Made by a program: the position numbers and the translations under genes. Positions 55,767 to 64,000 of a stretch of DNA of 64,000 bases are shown piece by piece (the stretch's first letter is position 1; every line of letters begins with the position of its first letter). A model generated the notes under the pieces. It was not told the DNA's origin, ran no database searches, and saw only the letters and a list, made by a program, of their open reading frames with translations. This DNA comes from Octopus vulgaris (taxonomy: Eukaryota), in assembly GCA_951406725.2 (NCBI GenBank), contig OX597840.1, positions 17,050,001 to 17,114,000 of the forward strand, written 5' to 3'.

Positions 55767-57174
55767 TATATATGATGGGCTTCTTTCAGTTTCCATCTAC
55801 CAAATCCACTCACAAGGCTTTGGTTGGTTCAAGGTTATAGAAGACACTTGCCCAAGGTGCCACACAGTCGGACTAAACCTGGAACCATGTGGTTGGTAAG
55901 CAAGCTACTTACCACACAGCCTATTTTATTTTGGTGGACCCTAGCAGCCATAAAGATTAGTTTTATACAGGCTTCTTTCAAAATTCCTATTTTGTTTTTC
56001 ACACATTAACTTGTTTAAGTTGAACTATGTAAAATGGTAGGGAAAAAAAAAAAAAAACTTATCTGTTTCTTACCATATATACCAATACTTACATCTAAAA
56101 GCAAAATTTTTTCAGGACCCTTAAAATAATATTGTAGATTCCCAACTTAATATTTTGTTGCAAAAGCATAAGGACCTCGACTGGGAACCACTGGTTTAAA
56201 CGGTAAAGGATTAAGAAAATTTATTATTGTTATTATAGTGTGAAAAACACATTCACTTGTGAAAGCTGAACTATGTAAAATGGTAGAGAAAGAAAATGCT
56301 GGCCGTTTCCTGCAATAAATACATCTACAGCAAAATTTATTGATGGGCTCTTAAAATACTGCTGTGGATCCCCAATTTATCAGTTTGCATGGACCTCCAA
56401 AAGTCTTATTAGGGCCCCGGTTGAAAACCACTGACATACACTGTAAACATGTAGTATAAACATGTAGTGTAAACATTCAAAATTTCGTCACTATCTTTCC
56501 AAACACTGCTGCATTTCACATGGAACTTCTGAAGTTGTCTTGGTACATAAATCGACTTAAAAAAATTTTTTTTTAATTCTGGTTGTAAATTTCAACTTGT
56601 ATACCAGAAAACATGGTATATATTCATACATACATTATACATGGTATGACAGGTATTTCAGAACATTTTGTCAATATATTATTTGCCTCAAACCGGTTAA
56701 AAGATTTTTATTTATTTCTGATCACCAATAACAAAAAAAAAAAAATGCCAAGTAAATGGAAAGATATGCTGTAGGTATATATACATATACACACACAATC
56801 ATATATACATACATTCATAAATATACAAACACACATTTATATAAACACACACCAAAATATACATACATACACACACATATTTGTATTTCAGGACGGTCCT
56901 TTTTTTTTTTTGCCAACACACACACACTCATTTATTACAGTTCTTATTCCAACTCATGTCCATTGTCTGGAAACCTTTCATCACATGAGAATTTCCATAA
57001 TCATATATGCTCCGCTTAGTCCATTCTATACAGACACACAGTCATATACATACATATATACACAGACACACAATCATATACATATACAGGTGTTGCAGAA
57101 ATATGATAGGTTATCTTTCTGGTCCTACAAAAAGGACCATGAGCGCTAATGGGTTGAGAGTAATTAACAATTAT

Positions 57175-57536
57175 GGAATGGAATGGAAGCACTACCAAGA
57201 ATCAACGGAACAGCCTGCTCGTGAAATTAACGTGTAAGTGGCTGAGCACTCCACAGACACGTGTACCCTTAACGTAGTTCTCAGGGATATTCAGCGTGTC
57301 ACAGAGAGTGACAAGGCCGGCCCTTTGAAATACAGGTACAACAGAAACAGGAAGTAAGAGTGAGAGAATTGTGGTGAAAGAGTACAGCAGGGATCACCAC
57401 CATCCCCTGCCGGAGCCTCGTGGAGCTTCAGGTGTTTTCGCTCAATAAACACTCACAACGCCCGGTCTGGGAATCGAAACCGCGATCCTATGACCGCGAG
57501 TCCGCTGCCCTAACCACTGGGCCATTGTGCCTCCAC
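57175..57536 (-). mobile_element. Full-length young SINE family C with 13-bp TSD
   Basis: Intact tRNA-like head on the minus strand, (TTCCA)n tail, AATTAACAATTAT at 57162-57174 and 57537-57549. Confidence 0.88.
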
Positions 57537-60125
57537 AATTAACAATTATACATACATAGACACAGAATCATACATGTTTATGTAGACACACACACGATAT
57601 ATATACACACACACACATACACCCAAGAAAGAGTTAACTCCCTTACTAATGGGGTAGGGGGAGTGAGGGTGAACAAGAGTGTGAGTGAGTGATTATGGAC
57701 ATGGATGGGTGCGTAAGTGAATTATAAAACCAAGTGATGGATCGAAAGAAAACCTATGTCGCAAAATGCTTATTTCTAGCAACTAACAAAACCACGTTGG
57801 TTACTACACTGAATAGAAATAAAAGTTACTGGTCAACTTCCATTTGGTCAAACTTTGATATCTGGTAGCAATATAGGATATTTTTCTCCCCTTTGGAAGT
57901 TGTACTCGGGTCAGCTTGTTAGTCCCAGGGGAGATTTTAACCCATTAGTGCCCAATTTTTTTTTTATTAATCTATTACCAAAAGTCTGTTTTTATTCAAC
58001 TTTATCTCTTTTACTTGTTTCAGTCATTTGACTGTGGCCATGCTGGAGCACCGCAATCAATCCCAGGACTTATTCTTTGTAAGCCTAGTACTTATTCTAT
58101 TGCTCTCTTTTACCGAACCACTAAGTTATGGTGACGTTAAACACACCAGCATCAGTTGTCAGACACACAAACATACACATATATACGACAGGCTTCTTTC
58201 AGTTTCCGTCTACTAAATCCACTCACAAGTCGTTGGTCAGCTCAAGGCTATATTAGAAGACACTTGCCCAAGGTGCCATGCAGTGGGACTGAACCTGGAA
58301 CCATGTGGTTGGTAAACAAGCTACTTACCACACAGCCTCTCCTATATAAAAACACTTATTAAAATATTTGAAAGACACTTAGGCGGTGAGCTGGCAGAAA
58401 TGTTAGCATGCCAGTCAAAATAGTTAGTGGTACTTCAGCTGTCTTTACGTTCTGAGTTCAAATTCCACTGAGTTCAACTTTGCCTTTCATCCTGTCGAGG
58501 TCAATAAATTAAGTACCAGTTGTGTACTGGGGTCGATCTAATCAATTGCCCCCTCCCCAAAAATTTCGAGCCTTGTGCCAAGAGTAGAAAAGAATATTTG
58601 AAAGACACTCCAGTCTGGATGACTAACAATATCTCAGAAAAATACAGGTGTTGCAGAAATATGACGGATTAGCCTTCTGGTCCTAAAAAAAGGGACCACG
58701 AGTGGTAATGGGTTAAGAGTAATTAATTATTTTTTTTGTGTGTTGTTAGTCTTTTACTGGTTTTAGCCACTGAACTGTGGCTAAGATGAAGCATCTCTTT
58801 GAAATGTTTCAATCAAATCAACCCCAGTATTTCCTTTTTTTTAATCTGGTTCTTATCTGATACTTATTCTATCAGACTCCTTTATATAAACAAACCAATA
58901 CCAGTTGCCATGCATAAAGGGGGCAGGGAGAGACACAGAGGCTTCCTCACAGTTTCTGTCAACCAAATTTACTCACAATGCATTAATCAGTCTAGGGTTA
59001 TAGAAGAAGACACCTGCCCCAGGTGCCACACAATGGGACTGAACTGGACATCACATGGATGCTAAGTGAACAAGTTAACCCAGACAACCACTCATTTCAG
59101 TTGTAAATTCCGAAGGATGGGAAGGGATCAAATCCTTTCGCTATTATTTTTCAGTTTGGCACCTTGGAGCTGTTACATGAAATGGGACATGGTTCATAAT
59201 CAGGCAGGTCGTACTTGAAGTAATATTTCATTCAAGCGTGCCCTTTCGGTTGCCTATGACTATCTTAGAGCATTCAAACTGCTAGAAATAGAAACCAATT
59301 CCCTTTCAAACCATACTTTTTGAAGAGATGAAAAAAAAAACTTGAAGAGGTGTGGCATACAGGATAATGTAGCCTGAGAAATTGTATAAGAAAATGGGAT
59401 GGTCATGGCTGGAATCAGGACCTGTAAAGATGGGAAAAATTCAATCCAGATAGTTATACCAGAGCTAGTGATTATCTGACATCCTCTTCACCCTTACAAA
59501 ATAAAGAGGGGGGAAAAAGAGCCACTGACAGGAAGGGGGAGGGGAAGAGAGTGAGCCACCGACAAGAAGGGGGCAGGGAGGGAGAGAGAGCAACCAAGGG
59601 GTGAAGGAAGAAATGAAGATAGAGAGTAATGGCCAGGAGTGTCAGTAAGAGGAACTGAACAAAGGACAAGAGGGTGGAAGGAGGTAAGAGGGGAGTGAGA
59701 GGATAAGATGGGACAGAGAGAATTAGAGAAGGGAGGAGGAAGAGGTAGAAAAGGGAAAGTGGGCACTAATGAGTTAATTATAATAAGTTGTTTATTAAGT
59801 ATCTATGACTCTAATGCCAGACTGATTGAAGAATTGAAGAATCTTGGAGACAGACATGACCAAGAAGTTGAAGGCCAGACTCTTGGAACCTTCATTCATT
59901 TCCAGGTAATGTGTCGTCCCCAGAGACTAGTGTGTGTTTCTGCAAATAGGACACCTATGCTCGATTGGAATCTAATTTAAAACACTGGATGATGGTGAAT
60001 TTAATGAGAACACCACTGCAATAAACAAACAAGATTTGTTTCATAGATGGAGATTTTATATTTTAATAATATCCTATGATTTAGTCCCATAAAAATATAT
60101 CCAATGCCGAAACATATGTAACAAT

Positions 60126-60436
60126 TCTTTCTTTCGCCCTTTTCAAGCCTAGCCAGGCTCATGGGCCCAGTTTCCTAGTTTCCATGGCATATGTGTTCCC
60201 TGCAGCTGGAGGGGACACCAGTCCATCACAGTGTTACTCAAGAAACAGGAAGAAAGAGTGAGAGAATGCTGGGGTGAAAGAGTACAACAGGGGTCACCAC
60301 CACCCCTTGCCAGAGCCTCGTGGAGCTTTAGGTGTTCTTGCTCAATAAACACACACAACACCCGGTCTGGGAATCGAAACCGCAATCCCCCAACTGCGAG
60401 TCTGCTGCCCTAACCACTGGGCCATTGCGCCTCCAC
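60126..60436 (-). mobile_element. Full-length SINE family C with a different tail and 12-bp TSD
   Basis: Same head as the 57175 copy. ATATGTAACAAT at 60114-60125 and 60437-60448; (GAAA) tail. Confidence 0.85.
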
Positions 60437-63400
60437 ATATGTAACAATGCATTAACAAAAATATAAAATCTCCATCCATATCCATGTAGTATTCTCGTCA
60501 TTAATACGTTTATCTTATGCTACATGGAAGACTGCTTAGATACTAATCATATACAGTTAACGCAACATATTGGGAATAACATACGGCAGCCATCAACATG
60601 TAGCATAGGAGCTTTCATGAGTGACACTGGTAGACATCTGCCATTTACAGAATACAAAGACACATACAATCATCATCATCATCATCTGCCCAATTTCACA
60701 AACTGACCAGAGCTAAATAGAGTTCACGAAACAAGTAGAATATTTAGCCCAGACATGGCCAGTTCAAGTGTTGAACGGTTAAAACAGACAACCATAAAAA
60801 CATTCAAGAAACCCAAAAAGGGTCTTTTTATTATTATTATTATTAAGGTGGTGAGCTGGCAGAATCGTTAGCACATCAGGTGAAATGCTTAGTGGCATTT
60901 CATTTGCCACTATGTTCCAAGTTCAAATTCTGCCGAGGTTGACTTTGCCCGTCATCCTTTCTCAATTAAATAAGTACCAGTTGTGGACTACGAAAAAATT
61001 TGGAATTAGAATTATGATATTGATCTTAGCCTATAAGGCCGAGAAGCATATAAGCCTAAGCCAAACAAATGAAACAAGCTATGTATATAACTGAACAAAG
61101 AGAAAAAAAAATTCTCCATAGGCGCAGGAGCAGCTGTGTGGTAAGTAGCTTGCTTACCATCCACATTGTTCCGTGTTCAGTTCCACGGCATGGCACCTTG
61201 GGCAAGTGTCTTTTACTATAGCCTCGGGCCGACCAAAGCTTTGTGAGTGAATGATTTGGTAGACAGAAACTGAAAGAAGCCTATCATATATATATATATA
61301 TGTATGTATGTGTTTGTCTCCCCACCATCGCTTGACAACCAATGCTGGTGTGTTTAGGTCCTCATAACTTAGCGGTTCGGCAAAAGAGACCGATAGAATA
61401 AGTACTAGGCTTACAAAGAATAAGTCCTGGGGTCGATTTGCTGGACTAAAGGCGGTGCTCCAGCATGGCCACAGTCAAATGACTGAAACAAGTAAAAGAG
61501 AGAGCATATCCTACGTCACTTCATTGAAGGAGTTGGTGATAGGCTGGTTGCCTCTAAAACCAGTGATAGGTTGATCATCTGCAAAGTAAGTGGTCCAAGC
61601 AGACAGGTAAAAAAAAAAAGTTTGTTAAAAGAAACGAACACTACTAACAGAGTGCAGGTCATGATATGGAGGTGCAAGGGGAGGGGGTGATAGAGTGCAG
61701 GTGTTAACGAGGTGCAAGTCATAAAAACATCAAGGAAGTGTCAGCCTTATTATGCACCGAGTGCACCAGAATGGTAGATTAAAAACTGAGTGGAAATGCA
61801 TTCTAAACTCTACAGTGAATAAACAAGGCAGCAGGCACTGCAAAAAAGACCAAAGACGGGACAGTTCCACCGATTCAATGGAAATGGTAAAGTTCCACTA
61901 ACAAACAAATGGTGTTGGATTCTACAAAGAGTTGCTATTTAGATCCTGGATCAAACCTCACCAAGAAGACCTAATACCAAAGACACTCTAGACATGACCA
62001 TCCTAGCTTGTTTCTATGGGCAGTGAATGCATAGTACATTACCCAATTGAAAAAAGAAAAATTACACCCTTTTCCATTGATTTGGATTAACCATGGATTA
62101 TCTTGGAGGTTCTTCCAATGGTGTGAGAGTTTATTATTAGAATGACATTGTAGGGTAGGTGTGAGAGGTCAGATATGGCTGGTTTGAACATAAAACGGAG
62201 AGAATATTTGGGCTGGATATGGCTAGTTTAAATACTAAAGTGTTAAACAGTAGGATTTGATTTGAGGGAGATTTAGCTATTATTTCTAGCAGGCCGTAGG
62301 GTCATGTACAGGTTTCCTTGTTTAGCTTATGAAACAGAAGGACCTGACTTGAGGGAGATTTGGCTCCCATTTTTAGCAGGCCGTTCTTTAGTTCGTTAAG
62401 CATTTTGCATTCTGATTACTGTCAGGTGAAATGCCTATTTATTCAGTTTTGAATGAATCCTGCATTACCTTGTAGCCTTGAGATTTCAATGACGTGACTT
62501 TATTTCTAGAATGACATTGTAGGGTAGGCGTGAGAGGCCAGATGTGGCCAGTTTGAACATAAAATAGGGAGAACACAGCCAGTTTATGTATTAAAGGGTC
62601 AATTGAGTAATGGTGAGGAAAATGTGGAAACATTGGAAACACTGGCATAAAGTATGCACACTCAAACACACAAGGCAATTACAAGACACCTTAATTGCCT
62701 TGTAATTAAGGTGTTGTGTAATGACATGCATCCAGGTTCAAACCTACAGTACAGCATTTTGGTCAAGGGTCTTCAAAGATCAACTAGCAGAGCCTCAGCT
62801 TGTCTCAAGAGAACAATTAGGCAGAGGAAAATTGCATGGGGAAAAAGTGAGAGATGCTCAGTTATTGTTGCCAACCATGGCCATCACTTAGTAGATTGTC
62901 CCCTGCTATATCTGTTTTCGGTGTATGTAGTTATGAGCAGACATAGATGACCTCTTAGCCCATCTATCCTTGAGCCTGGACAATATCAGGAGCATGGCTA
63001 AACAGTTGTGAGCAGACATGTTTTTTGGTCTCTCCTAATAGTGACCCCAGCAGAACATCCAGGATGAGTTGGGGGGGGGGGAAGGAAAGAGAGAAAAGGG
63101 AGAGAGGGGGAAGGAAGAGAGTGAGCTGTATCAGTACTAAGATGGTATTCATTTACAGCAGAGCAGACTGGCACAGAGTGAAATGAAAGGACTTGCTCAA
63201 GGACACAAATGCTGCCAGATCAGGAATAGAACCCACAACCTTATGACCATCAACACTCAAACTACTCGGCCATCTGCCTTCACATAAACTATAATTTAAA
63301 CTCTGAATCTAAAGACACTTTGACCTCGTTACTGAAAAATGAAGGATAAATTTTCTTAGACAAAAAAAACCCAACAAAAACATCAGATAATGTGATCCAA

Positions 63401-64000
63401 GGTACATGTAGGACCTTGTATCACATTATGTATCAAGAGAGATGATAGGATGGTCATGGCTGGAATATCACAAGGAGTGTTGTCCAATCTCAGGAATAGG
63501 AAAAGCAAACTAAAAGGTCAGAACCATACATCATTAGGGGATTTTGTCTCCTGAACAGACAACAAAGGACACACTGGTCAGTTGGCCGGAACTTATTTTA
63601 GCCTAAACAATAAAACACTCCACTTCAACATTTATACCACTGTCTTTGACCAAAATACGGCCATTATCATTTAACATTCACATTCCATGCTGGAATAGGT
63701 TGGACAGTTTGACCAGATTTGGATGTGTCCAAAAACTGCATCAAGCTCCAATGTGTCCTTTTACGGTTGGACGCCCTTCCTATCAGCAACCACTTGACAG
63801 TGGGAACTACACAAATATATACAAAGTTAATCACTTTCAATGTATTCCCCATCTAATTAGATTTCATTTCGGAAACTAAATACGTTCAATTAATAGTAGA
63901 ATATCCGCATGTTGCTTTGTCCTGGGAAAACGGCTATAATAGAGCTGGTATTATTTTTAACCCTTTTGATACCAACCTGCCTGAGACCACTCCTGGTTCT

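Noticed and set aside
57470-57536. tRNA-like sequence on the minus strand
   Set aside because: It is the head of a TSD-flanked SINE, not a tRNA gene.
59810-59905. Coding-looking stretch NARLIEELKNLGDRHDQEVEGQ ending at a GT
   Set aside because: There is no convincing acceptor and no recognisable homology.

Overview
AT-rich, repeat-dense animal genomic DNA. It is most likely an octopus or other coleoid cephalopod, inferred from the SINE/RTE repeat content and a mollusc-type 5S copy. The main feature is a spliced ERCC2/XPD (TFIIH Fe-S helicase) gene on the + strand. I traced 23 GT-AG coding exons from 872 to 42619 (2178 nt, 725 aa plus stop). About 35 N-terminal residues lie upstream of the window, and two of the exons are frame-preserving microexons (24 and 30 nt). 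The introns and downstream region hold several tRNA-derived SINE families, a 5'-truncated RTE LINE with a PHD finger inside its RT, CR1 and RTE fragments, Tc1/mariner remnants, MITEs with 8-bp TSDs, a 5S rRNA pseudogene and a tRNA-Ile pseudogene. The most striking hidden pattern is at least six sequence-unrelated intronic elements, mostly foldbacks, each with a decayed minimal type I hammerhead-ribozyme motif and palindromic stem III. This is the signature of Penelope-like pseudo-LTRs or retrozymes. One of them is joined to a tRNA-like Pol III head and flanked by a 12-bp TSD. All coordinates were read by eye, and repeat boundaries are approximate.
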